From Alphaproteobacteria bacterium (lineage in GTDB: Bacteria > Pseudomonadota > Alphaproteobacteria > Bin95), in NCBI GenBank assembly GCA_963665325.3, contig OZ224045.1, positions 1,472,001 to 1,536,000 of the forward strand: a stretch of DNA of 64,000 bases, given 5' to 3'. The notes under the pieces were generated by a model. That model was not told where the DNA came from. It did no database searches and worked only from the letters and a program-made list of their open reading frames with translations. Both the position numbers and the translations under genes were made by a program. Each line of letters begins with the position of its first letter. Position 1 is the stretch's first letter. Below are positions 9,267 to 18,523 of this stretch, in pieces.

Positions 9267-10589
9267 TCAGAACTGGCGTACGAAGCTGAGCTCGGCGCGG
9301 TCGCGTTCATAGTCGAGCGCCTGGGCGTTGGTCTCGCGCTGTTCGTTGATGAGCGAGAGGCGCGGGCTGAAGCCGAGCACGGTGACGGCGCGGTTGTGGA
9401 CCGAGAGCGAGAGGATCCGGGTCTTGTCCTCGCGGGGCTGCCGGTCGCGCGTGCGGTGGCGGAAACCCCGGCCTTCATAGTCCGTCCATACCATCGTCGC
9501 GCGCGCGCCGACGGTGAAACCCAGCGGCAGGGCCAGCGTTGCGCCAAGGCTGGCCGTCGGCCCGTCGGTGCGCCAATCCTCCTCCTCCGCGCGGCTCCAG
9601 TTCCAGCCGGCGTTTCCGCCGACGCGCAGGATCGGCAGCGCCACCCAGTTCGCGCCGAGCGAAACTTCGCCCACCGGGCCGTCCAGCCAGTCGCAGTCCC
9701 GGCAATTTCGTTCGCGAAGCCCGGCGCGACCCTGCACGGAGAGGCGCGGGGTCAGTTGTCGCGCCGCTTCCAGACGAAGGCCGTACTGGTCGGTCTCGGG
9801 TGTGCCGCTGCTCCATTGCCGCTGCACGGTGGCAAGCAGGCTGCCTTCCGTACGGGCGTCGATGAGCCAGCGCGGCCCGAGATAGGCGGACGCGAACTGC
9901 CGGTCGAACAGGCCGCCCTTGTATTCGCGGACCGAGGCGTCCGCCCCGGAGCGCAGGCGCCAGCGGGCCGCCAGTGGATACTGGTATTCGCCGCCGCCCC
10001 ATACGGAGAGGCCGAGCCCGGACTTCGGCGCGGTTTCCGCACCGCGGAGGAAGGGCAGCCGGCCCCAAGGCGTGTCGAGCCAGATTGTCCGGTTGTCTGA
10101 GGCGGTATTGAGATTGCTGTCGGGCGCCACGGCGAAGCCGAACCGCGCTTGCCAGCGCCGCCTTGCGCGCATGATATTCAGGAAACGCTGGATATTGGCT
10201 GCGACCGCAGGTGGCAGGTTCCCGGCCAGCGCGTGTTCGAAGTGCCGACGCGCCAGTGTGTCCTCCTCCTTCATGAAGAAGGCGCGGGCGAGTTCGAGCC
10301 GCACCCGCACAAGCTCCGGGCGGTCGATCAGGATCGACCGGAAGACGGAGATCGCTTCATCCAGCCGGGCGTCCCGCGCCTCCGGCGAGGCGGCTCCATG
10401 GGCGGCCTTGAGAGCGTTCATGCCGATCTTGAACTTGAGAGCGGCGCCGAAATCGGCCGCGGCATCCGGAGGCGTTGCAGGTCTTTCCTTCGCTGGGGCC
10501 GCAGTTTGCGCGAAGCCACCGGCCGGAGCCAGCAGGACAAGCAACAGCGGGAGGAACGAAAGTAGGCGAAGGGACCGGGGCGGCTTCAT
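9267..10589 (-). CDS. Slam-family (surface lipoprotein assembly modifier, type XI secretion) outer-membrane protein
   Basis: Signal peptide, TPR-like VRVRLELARAFF..ARRHFE, APDSNLN barrel start, C-terminal ELSFVRQF beta-signal. Confidence 0.82.
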   Translation of the reverse strand: MKPPRSLRLLSFLPLLLVLLAPAGGFAQTAAPAKERPATPPDAAADFGAALKFKIGMNALKAAHGAASPEARDARLDEAISVFRSILIDRPELVRVRLELARAFFMKEEDTLARRHFEHALAGNLPPAVAANIQRFLNIMRARRRWQARFGFAVAPDSNLNTASDNRTIWLDTPWGRLPFLRGAETAPKSGLGLSVWGGGEYQYPLAARWRLRSGADASVREYKGGLFDRQFASAYLGPRWLIDARTEGSLLATVQRQWSSGTPETDQYGLRLEAARQLTPRLSVQGRAGLRERNCRDCDWLDGPVGEVSLGANWVALPILRVGGNAGWNWSRAEEEDWRTDGPTASLGATLALPLGFTVGARATMVWTDYEGRGFRHRTRDRQPREDKTRILSLSVHNRAVTVLGFSPRLSLINEQRETNAQALDYERDRAELSFVRQF

Positions 10590-10619
10590 TGCGAGCCTCG
10601 AAATGCATCCGAAGACAAG

Positions 10620-10648
10620 AAAAAGAGGGCGGCCCGGAGGCCGCCCCC
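10620..10648 (-). terminator. Rho-independent terminator between lipoprotein and Slam genes
   Basis: Minus strand GGGCGGCC-TCCG-GGCCGCCC-TCTTTTT. Confidence 0.75.
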
Positions 10649-10679
10649 ATAGGTGCTGGTCTTGTCGGTAAGCGGCGTC

Positions 10680-12587
10680 CTATTGCGTCGCTGCCGGCGT
10701 CCACTCGCTCCCGTCTGCACCGAACGCACCGACGACACCCTTGTAGCCGGCGGGGTCACCGTCAGCGTCGGTCAACTGTGCAGTAATGGCGCTGAAGTTG
10801 CCGGCGACGCCTGTCGGCGCTCCGACCGGGGTCGCTCTGCCGCCGGGGCCGTAGAGCTGCGCCATCCAGTTGCCGCTCCAGACCACGCCGTCCGCCGTGC
10901 CGCCGGTCGTGCCGGCATTGTCGAAAGTGCCCGCGGCGTTGATCGCGGTGCCCTGCAACGTGACGCCCCAGTCGTTCTCTCCGCCCTGGTTGGCATCGTT
11001 CGGAGAATCGGGGTTGTCGGTGTCGATATACCGGCCCGCGCTATCCCGGAAGTTCTGGATAGTGCCCGACAGCATGTCGCCGCTATCGGTGAAGGCGGCG
11101 GTCAGGCCCGCATCGGCGGTGAACAGGCCGTGGGCTTCCCCGTTCACATAGTAGCCCGCTGCCTTGCCGGCGAATGTCGCCGTCCCGTCAGCCACAGTGC
11201 TTACGCCGGCGTATGTTTCCATACCGTCGTAGAACACGCCGATATCGTGGTGGCCGTTCAACATGTTGTCCGGCGCCGTCAGCCACACACCGAAGGCCAC
11301 CCAGTCCTGATCCGGGATCGTGACCTCCTCACCCGCATCGGGCATGAAGTGCCATTGGCCAGCGGACAGCGCGAACGGTGTGCCGCCGGTTGTCGCCCTG
11401 CTGATCTGGCAGGCGTCGTTGGTGCATTTGAACGTGCCGCTCGCGCCAAAATACTCGCCCCGGATCTCATCGTTGTCATCGGGATGGGCAACCAGCCCGC
11501 TGAAGGTCTGGCCGGACGGTGAGATCAAAGCATTCGCTACCTGCGGCGCGGAAAGTGCATCTGCCGCGTCCTCGATCACTACGGTGTTGTTGGGATCGTC
11601 GGTGTCGTCGTTGCCGTCCGTTGCGCTGCCCGTACCGTAGTTGACCGTGAGGGCAAACCAGGTCCGCAAGCCGCCCGCACCCGTAGTAGCATCGGCCAGC
11701 ATGGCTGAGACATCCTCGAAAGGCACCGATGTAGCCGGGTCCACGCTGGAGTAGATCAGCGCCGCCGTCTCAATGCCGGCATCGAGGCCGCCTGCGGTGT
11801 CGCCCCAGTCGGCGTGAAGCACCTTGTGCGACCAGTCGGTGAGGCCGAGCGCGCCCGCCTGCACCATCCCGATGTCATTCGACGCGTTGTCGTCGTCGGC
11901 CATGGCTCTCAACGTCGAGGTCGCCACATTGGGGTCGAAGGGACCCATCAGGGTGACGCTGTTGATGTCATCCGCGCCGGCGTTGGCAATCTTCGGGTCG
12001 GAACCCCCGATCGTTCCGGGGCCCTTCAGCCCGCCGAGGACGGCGGTATCGTCCGCACCATCTAGGGTCGGGGGGGTTGCAGTCGAATCGCCCGCTTCAC
12101 CGATAGTGTTCATCATCCGCCCGGCGAGCGTCGCTTCGTTCGGCTCGTTCATGTTCTCCAGCGGATCGATGAACGTGGCGGTGACTTCGCCGCCGGTCGA
12201 GGTGGCGGAAACGCCGTTGACATTTCCGTCCGCGTCCTTCGTCACGGTGATGTTGACCGTGCAGGTCCCGGCGTCCTCGTCGGCATCACAGACGAACCTG
12301 ACACCGCCGGGCGACCACATGTAACCGTCGGCCGCGGTGATGTCATGCGTCTTCGTCGTCCCGTCCGGAAGCGCGTCGGTAAGCGCCGCGTGGAAACCGG
12401 TCGTCTGCGGAATATTCGCAATCGCGACGTGTGCCGGCGTAGGATCCACGCTCGGGGCCGGGGGCGGATCATCGCTCCCCAGCCCACTACTACTACTGCT
12501 ACTGCCGCCACCGCCGCAGCCGGCAAGCGCCAGCGACAGGGCGAGGGCGCCTGCAGAAAGCGCCCAGAGTTTCGTTCTCGATGTCAT
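10680..12587 (-). CDS. Surface lipoprotein with C-terminal TbpB/HpuA-like beta-barrel
   Basis: Lipobox LAGC, G4S7 linker, D/G/T rich, GTATFAGKAAGYY..LSGTIQNF..PTGVAGNFSA..VVGAFGA. Confidence 0.8.
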   Translation of the reverse strand: MTSRTKLWALSAGALALSLALAGCGGGGSSSSSSGLGSDDPPPAPSVDPTPAHVAIANIPQTTGFHAALTDALPDGTTKTHDITAADGYMWSPGGVRFVCDADEDAGTCTVNITVTKDADGNVNGVSATSTGGEVTATFIDPLENMNEPNEATLAGRMMNTIGEAGDSTATPPTLDGADDTAVLGGLKGPGTIGGSDPKIANAGADDINSVTLMGPFDPNVATSTLRAMADDDNASNDIGMVQAGALGLTDWSHKVLHADWGDTAGGLDAGIETAALIYSSVDPATSVPFEDVSAMLADATTGAGGLRTWFALTVNYGTGSATDGNDDTDDPNNTVVIEDAADALSAPQVANALISPSGQTFSGLVAHPDDNDEIRGEYFGASGTFKCTNDACQISRATTGGTPFALSAGQWHFMPDAGEEVTIPDQDWVAFGVWLTAPDNMLNGHHDIGVFYDGMETYAGVSTVADGTATFAGKAAGYYVNGEAHGLFTADAGLTAAFTDSGDMLSGTIQNFRDSAGRYIDTDNPDSPNDANQGGENDWGVTLQGTAINAAGTFDNAGTTGGTADGVVWSGNWMAQLYGPGGRATPVGAPTGVAGNFSAITAQLTDADGDPAGYKGVVGAFGADGSEWTPAATQ

Positions 12588-12844
12588 TTCTACGAGGCTC
12601 CCCTCTTTTCTCAATCGTGGAGAGGCCCCCTTGGAGAGGCCTCGTGGCGAAGCGGAATCATACCGGCTTCAATTTCCGAAGCAAGATAAAAACACAATGT
12701 AGAATTTTATATCAAGATATTTGTTGCACAAAGGCCACAGCGCGCGGCCGGCAACGGAATTCCGGCCCTCTTCCCGTCATACCCGGACTCGTTCCATTGC
12801 TGTCCGGTTTGGACTTGGCGAACGGGGCGCCTTGCCCCCCTCTT

Positions 12845-13470
12845 GTCGCCCCGGCCCTCCAATCGTCGTCCCGGACTTGATCCGGGACCCAGCACTGCCG
12901 GCGCAGCCCGCAGGGGCCTCGACAGGCTGGACCCCGGCTCGTTGGCCGGGGTGACAAGTAGTAGTTTGCCGGAGTGACAAGTAGCGGGTGGCCGGGGTGA
13001 CAGGTAATACCGGCAGCGGTCGATCGGAACCGATAGCGAGGGGCCCCTGCCGTCGGCCCCGTCCTCTTTCCCCTTATCCCGAGTACCGGCGTCAGCCGTT
13101 TCCCCCTCATCCCGAGTAGCGGCGTCAGCCGCGTATCGAGGGAGGCGTTTCCACCGGTGGTACGGTCCTTCGATACGCACCCGCTGGCGCGGGCGCTACT
13201 CAGGATGAGGAGAGGACCGGGACGCCGAGCCAGGCGGACGCCCGCGCTCTCCGCCTTGCCGCCCCCCACGCCCCCCTTTAGTCGCCCCGGCCCTCCAATC
13301 GTCGTCCCGGTCCTCCAATTGTCGTCCCGGACTTGATCCGGGACCCAGCACTGCCGGCGCAGCCCGTCGGGGCCTCGACAGGCTGGACCCCGGCTCGTTG
13401 GCCGGGGTGACAAGTAGTAGTTGGCCGGGGTGACAAGTCCGGGGTGACAAGTAGTAGTTGGCCGGGGTGG
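12845..13470. repeat. Composite REP-like cluster: two copies of GTCGTCCCGGACTTGATCCGGGAC...GGACCCCGGCTC, 23-bp tandem units TTGGCCGGGGTGACAAGTAGTAG and one type A palindrome
   Basis: Direct repeats ~12850-12960 and ~13300-13420; block 13006-13230 recurs at 59267-59460. Confidence 0.88.
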
Positions 13471-13574
13471 CGAAGGGGTCGTCTGCGGCGCGGCGATCAG
13501 GGGGAGAGGGCGCGCGCGGGGGCCGGGGTCCGGGCCTGCCGGGCGGTCCGCTGCCGCGCCGAACGCGGCGAATG

Positions 13575-14024
13575 TTACGAATGGCGGCGTTGGCGCCGCC
13601 GCGTCCCCCGCCCGCTCTGCCCGGCGCGGCGGTTTTCGCGCTCCAGGCCGTGGCGCTTCAGGAAGCGCTGCACCGTGGACTCGTGAACCGCCACCCCCTC
13701 GGCGGCGAGCGCGTCGCGCAGCCCGGCTATGGAAAGCTCCGGGCGCGTCGCCAGAATGTGCAGGACGCGCTCGCGCTCCGCCTCGATTCGCGAGGCCCTG
13801 CCGCCCTGCTTGCCGGGCCGCAGATGGCCGTGTTCGCGAAACTGCGCCACCCAGCGGCAGACCGTCGTCCTGCCCAGCCCGAGGCGCCGGGCTGCGGCGG
13901 CGGGGCTGACGCCCTCATGCAGCACGGCCGCCACCGCCACGCCCCGCAATTCCACGTTCACCGCCCGGCCCTTCTTCGGCCCCGGCAGGGTCGCCGCCGG
14001 CCCGTCGGTCGATTCGTTCGTCAT
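13575..14024 (-). CDS. IS630-type HTH protein (OrfA only, no DDE domain)
   Basis: ELRGVAVAAV..AAARRLGLGRTTVCRWV..GHLRPGKQGG..VHESTVQRFLKRHGL; RBS GGAGAAG. Confidence 0.72.
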   Translation of the reverse strand: MTNESTDGPAATLPGPKKGRAVNVELRGVAVAAVLHEGVSPAAAARRLGLGRTTVCRWVAQFREHGHLRPGKQGGRASRIEAERERVLHILATRPELSIAGLRDALAAEGVAVHESTVQRFLKRHGLERENRRAGQSGRGTRRRQRRHS

Positions 14025-14337
14025 CGCGTCTTCTCCTCCGGCTCCGCCGCCGGTCTTCGCCCAGGTTGACTGCAAAAAGCAGCCCGTTTCCGCCCAGGTT
14101 GAGTGCAAACAGGCGCATCCCGGACACACCTCTCCTTGTCAATCGGCTTTCAATAATGACCCCCTATCGGCGTGCAAAATTGACCCCCTGAGAGGCACGG
14201 TGGAGGTTGTCCCGGTAGTCAATAGGGGGGACCCGCGCGGCTTCGTGTAGCGTCTCACGCTACGCGGAGCGAAGCCGCGTGGGGGGTCCCTGTTGACCCA
14301 CCGGGGCAACCGGGCCGCAGGGGAGGCCGGCGGCGGG

Positions 14338-15066
14338 TCAGGAGCGGTTCTTGAAGCGCCAGCTCTCGTTGCCGGTCTCGATGATCTCGCAATGGTGGGT
14401 GAGACGATCGAGCAACGCCGTGGTCATCTTGGGATCGCCGAAGACGGACGGCCACTCGCCGAAGGCGAGGTTGGTGGTGATGACGATCGAGGTTCGCTCG
14501 TAGAGCCGGCTCATGAGGTGGAAGAGGAGCTGTCCGCCGGCTTGGGCGAAGGGCAGGTAGCCGAGTTCGTCGAGGATGACGAAGTCGCGTCGGACGAGCT
14601 GGTCTGCGGTGCGGCCCTGGCGCCCGGCACGGAGTTCGGCCTCGAGGTGGTTCACCAGGTCGACGACGTTGTAGCAGCGGCCACGGGCGCCCTTGCGGAT
14701 GCAGGAGCGCGCGACGGCGACGGCGAGATGGGTCTTGCCGGTGCCGGTGCCGCCGACCAGGACGATGTTGCGCTGGCCCTCGAGGAAGCCGCCGCCGGCG
14801 AGCTCCTGGATCAGGGGCTCGTTGACCGGCGAGCCGGCGAAGTCGAAGTCGGCCAGTTCCTTGGCCGTGGGCAGCTTGGCGGACGCCATCTGGTACTTGA
14901 TCGAGCGTGCCCTCTTGTCGGCGATCTCGACCTGCAGCAGCGTACCGATGATCTGCTGCACCGGATGACGGCGCTTGAGCCCGTCGGCGAGGATGTCGTC
15001 ATAGGCGGCTCGCATGCCTGCGAGCTTCAGCTGGGTCATCATCTCCAGCACATCATGACGCTCCAT
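14338..15066 (-). CDS. istB: IS21 helper ATPase
   Basis: [31 protein letters not shown]. Confidence 0.97.
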   Translation of the reverse strand: MERHDVLEMMTQLKLAGMRAAYDDILADGLKRRHPVQQIIGTLLQVEIADKRARSIKYQMASAKLPTAKELADFDFAGSPVNEPLIQELAGGGFLEGQRNIVLVGGTGTGKTHLAVAVARSCIRKGARGRCYNVVDLVNHLEAELRAGRQGRTADQLVRRDFVILDELGYLPFAQAGGQLLFHLMSRLYERTSIVITTNLAFGEWPSVFGDPKMTTALLDRLTHHCEIIETGNESWRFKNRS

Positions 15067-16567
15067 GACCGGCCTCCCTCAGGCTGTCGTAGCGCTGACA
15101 GTCGGCCACCGGCTGGTGGCGGAGCTTCAGGCCCTCGGGCGTCGGGATGATTGCCGGCGGTGCCGGCTGGCGCTGCCGGGCGAGGATGTTGAGCACGACG
15201 TCGGCGCTGCAGGCGCCGCAGGCGAGCGCCTCGGCGCAGGCCGCCTCGACCGCCTCCAGCCCGTCCTCCAGCACCGCCGCGAGGATCTTGACGAACTGCC
15301 GGTCGCCGTCGTCGTGGCCGGCGAGCCGGGTTCGCAGGCGGCCCAGCGCGTTGGGCAACTGCCAGTCCTTGAAGGGTGCGCCGTTCCTCAGTGCGCCGGG
15401 CTTCCTCGTCAGGATCGGCACGTAATGCCACGGATCGTAGACGAACCGACCGCGCCCGAAGCTCCGGGGATGCTCGGCGACGATCTCGCCGTCCTGGCGG
15501 ATGACGATCCGCTCGGCATAGGCCCGCACGTCCACCGGCCGTCCCACCGCGCGGGCAGAGACGCTGTACTGGTTGTTGTCGAAGCGCACCAGGCAGGTCT
15601 TCGAGACTGACACCTCGCTGGCATGGAAGCCGTCGAAGGGACCGCGGTATGCCATCAGGAAGGGCCGCTCCTCCTCGAATACCTGCCACACCGTCTTGCC
15701 CTCGATCGTCGGATGCGGCTGCTTCCTGGCCTCCTCGATGCACCGATCCATCAGCCACTCGTTGATCTCGGTGTAGGAGCGGCCCCGCGGGCTGCGCGCG
15801 AACAGACGCCCGCGAAGGTCTCCCACCTGCTTCTCAACCTGCCCCTTCTCCCAGCCCGCCCCTGGCGTGCACGCCACTGGCTCCACCAGATGGTGCGAGC
15901 ACATCTCCTGGAAGCGGCGGTTGTAGGCACGCTCCTTGCCGACGAAGATCGTGTTCACCGCCGTCTTCATGTTGTCGTAGATGCCCCGTCGGCAGACCCC
16001 GCCGAAGAAGCGGAAGGCACGCTCGTGCGCCTCAAAGACCATCTCCTGGCTCTCGCGGGGAAAGATCTGCACCAGATACATGCGGCTGTGGCACAGCCGC
16101 ATGTGCGCCGCCTTCACCTTGGTCGTCGCTCCCGCCAGACGCGCATACTCGTGGCTCCAGTCGAACTGGTAGGCCTCGCCCGGATCGAAGATCAGCGGCA
16201 CATAGGCCTGCGACGGCGATAACAGACGGCGTCGGCGCCGCCACGCCCTGGCGTAGCGCCGGACCGCGTCATAGCCGCCCTTGTAGCCCAGCTCGCCAAG
16301 GTCCTCATGGATCTGCAGCAGGGACAGGCGATCCCGGCGCTTCTTCTTCTCGTTGGCCTCCAGCTGGCGCTCAAGCTCTGCCACCCAAGGCCCAAGCTTC
16401 GGCATCGGCTGGATCTTGCGCTCATAGCTGTGCGAGGTCGTATCGCCCCGAACCACCTTGCGTATCGTGTTCTTCGAAACCCTCAAATCCCGCGCCAGCT
16501 TCTTGATCGGAACGCCCTTCACCAGATGATCCCGACGGATCCGCGCTATCGTCTCCACAACCAGCAT
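15053..16567 (-). CDS. istA: IS21 transposase
   Basis: [24 protein letters not shown]. Confidence 0.97.
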   Translation of the reverse strand: MLVVETIARIRRDHLVKGVPIKKLARDLRVSKNTIRKVVRGDTTSHSYERKIQPMPKLGPWVAELERQLEANEKKKRRDRLSLLQIHEDLGELGYKGGYDAVRRYARAWRRRRRLLSPSQAYVPLIFDPGEAYQFDWSHEYARLAGATTKVKAAHMRLCHSRMYLVQIFPRESQEMVFEAHERAFRFFGGVCRRGIYDNMKTAVNTIFVGKERAYNRRFQEMCSHHLVEPVACTPGAGWEKGQVEKQVGDLRGRLFARSPRGRSYTEINEWLMDRCIEEARKQPHPTIEGKTVWQVFEEERPFLMAYRGPFDGFHASEVSVSKTCLVRFDNNQYSVSARAVGRPVDVRAYAERIVIRQDGEIVAEHPRSFGRGRFVYDPWHYVPILTRKPGALRNGAPFKDWQLPNALGRLRTRLAGHDDGDRQFVKILAAVLEDGLEAVEAACAEALACGACSADVVLNILARQRQPAPPAIIPTPEGLKLRHQPVADCQRYDSLREAGHGAS

Positions 16568-16832
16568 CTCCCCCACCCCGTCCGTCCAACGACAGGGCGT
16601 GTTCATGGACACAATCCATGGGGGGTCAATTTTGGACGCCGATAACCCCCAACAGGGGGTCAATCTTCCACGCTTAACAACACTCTCCTGTCGACCGGCC
16701 ACCGGCCGACCGTCGGGACTGCGCACCAGTTTCGTCAAATGAGTAGCGGCGCGCGGCGCCTATGCAGCCGCCCGCTCCTCCCGCTGTCTCGTCAGGTCAT
16801 GTCTTTCCTCGGTTTGTTTTCATAACAATATC

Positions 16833-16864
16833 GCACATATAAAGAACAAACAGGCTGAAGTCAA
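16833..16864 (-). promoter_or_regulatory. Putative sigma70 promoter overlapped by a LexA-like box
   Basis: Minus strand TTGACT-N17-TATATG; GTTC-N7-GTGC versus the alphaproteobacterial GTTC-N7-GTTC. Confidence 0.45.
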
Positions 16865-16946
16865 GCCCTACGCGGGGCCCTGCCACGCTGTCGAGCTTGC
16901 CACCGCATTCATTGCGGTGGAGGCCCTCGCCGAGCGGAGCCCCCCT

Positions 16947-17097
16947 TGTCACCCCGGCCAACTACTACTTGTCACCCCGGACTTGCCTGCCCTCGCGAAG
17001 GCGGGGGAGCCGGGGTCCAGCCTGTCGAGGCCCGTGCGGGCTGGGCCGGCAGTGCTGGGTCCCGGATCAAGTCCGGGACGACAATTGGAGGGCCGGA
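16947..17097. repeat. Inverted copy of the 13300-13470 REP-like cluster
   Basis: GTCACCCCGGCCAACTACTACTTGTCACCCCGGACTTG...CTGGGTCCCGGATCAAGTCCGGGACGACAATTGGAG. Confidence 0.88.
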
Positions 17098-17200
17098 CGG
17101 GAGGGAGAAGAAGCGGCGGGCGACATCGCTGCCTCCAGGGATTCCGGACGGGAAATAAGGGCGGGACGGATGCCGGGGGCCGGAGTATTCTGGGCGCGCC

Positions 17201-18523
17201 GTGAATCCGCGCGACGCAGAGATCGTTCCCGCCGAGGGCGGGGCGCTGACCGAAGCGACCGGCCCGAAGCCGCGCCGGAGGCTCCGGCGCTTGCGGCGGG
17301 CGGTCCTGCCGCTGCTCGTGCTCGGGGCGGCCGTAGCGGCTTTCGGGGCGATGATGGCGACGCGCACGGCGATCCTGCCGGCAATGCCGGGCGAGCGCGT
17401 CTGGGCGGTCGGCGCGGCGACCGTGGCGCTGGAGACGACCCGCCCGCGGATTCCGCTTTTCGGCCAGGTGGTCGCCGGACGCTCGGTGGATCTGCGCCCG
17501 CTGGTGGCCGGGAGAATCGCGGCGGTCGGGCCGGGCTTCCGGGAGGGGGGCTATGTCGCCGAGGGCGAGTTACTTGTCGCAATCGACCGCTTCGACTTCG
17601 AAACGACCCGGGCGCTGCGCGCCGCGGAGCTTGCCGAAACAGGGGCCGCACTGCGCGAGGTCGAGGCCGACCTTGCCGGCGCCCGCGACCAGCTGAAGGA
17701 AGACGGGCGCCAGCTCGACCTGCTGCGGAGGGAAGCGGACCGAAGACGCCAGCTCCGTGAGCGCGGCGCCATCTCGCAGAAGGCCGTCGATGACGGGGAA
17801 CTGGCTCTGAGCCGCCAGCAGCAGGCGGCCAGCCAGCGGCAGAACGCCGTCGAGCGCTTCACCGCGCGGGTCGAGCGCCAGAAGGCAGCGATCCGGCGCG
17901 CCGAAGCCGGGCTCGCCCGCGCGGAACGCGACCTTGCCGAAACGCGGTTGACCAGCCCGTTCGGCGGCTGGTTGGTCGACATCGGCGCCGAAATTGGCAA
18001 GCAGGTCGGCACCGGAGAGCGCGTCGCCCGGCTGGTCGATTCGTCCCGGCTGGAGATCGGCCTGTCGATTCCCAACGGGATTTTCGGCGACCTCGATGCC
18101 GGGGAGGGGATCGTCGGGCGACGGCTGACGGCAGTCTGGCGCACGGGCGAGACCGTCCGCAGTTTCCCGGCCCGCATCGCCCGGCTGGAGGGCGAGATCG
18201 ACGCGGCCAGCGGCGGGATCGCCGCGTTTGCGAGCCTGGAGGCCTTGCCGGAGGACACGCGCCTGCGCGCCGGAGCCTTCGTCGAACTGCTGCTGGAAGG
18301 CCCGGAATTGCAGGACGCCGTGCGCCTGCCCGCCTCGGCGGTGTTCGACGGCGGGAGGGTCTATCGGGTCGGCGCCGACGACCGGCTGGAGGCCGTCGAG
18401 GTCGCTGTCCGCGCCAGGGAAGGCGAGAGCCTGCTGGTGCAGGGGCCGCTCGAGAACGGCGAGCGCATCGTGCTGACGCGCTTCCCGGAAATCGCCCCCG
18501 GCGTCAAGGTCACCGTCCCTTGA
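17201..18523 (+). CDS. RND efflux periplasmic adaptor (MFP)
   Basis: N-terminal TM, LRPLVAGRI..GGYVAEGELL, alpha-hairpin, RLTSPFGG; overlaps the RND gene. Confidence 0.9.
   Translation: MNPRDAEIVPAEGGALTEATGPKPRRRLRRLRRAVLPLLVLGAAVAAFGAMMATRTAILPAMPGERVWAVGAATVALETTRPRIPLFGQVVAGRSVDLRPLVAGRIAAVGPGFREGGYVAEGELLVAIDRFDFETTRALRAAELAETGAALREVEADLAGARDQLKEDGRQLDLLRREADRRRQLRERGAISQKAVDDGELALSRQQQAASQRQNAVERFTARVERQKAAIRRAEAGLARAERDLAETRLTSPFGGWLVDIGAEIGKQVGTGERVARLVDSSRLEIGLSIPNGIFGDLDAGEGIVGRRLTAVWRTGETVRSFPARIARLEGEIDAASGGIAAFASLEALPEDTRLRAGAFVELLLEGPELQDAVRLPASAVFDGGRVYRVGADDRLEAVEVAVRAREGESLLVQGPLENGERIVLTRFPEIAPGVKVTVP

Larger units (their letters stand above)
14137..16682 (-). mobile_element. 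IS21 family insertion sequence, complete
   Basis: TGT...ACA ends with repeated TGACCCCC / GGGGTCAA motifs; 7 bp target duplication CTCTCCT (14130-14136, 16683-16689). Confidence 0.95.

Noticed and set aside
12940-13470. Mini-CRISPR from the 23-bp GGCCGGGGTGACAAGTAG units
   Set aside because: Units abut with no spacers; they are REP half-sites.
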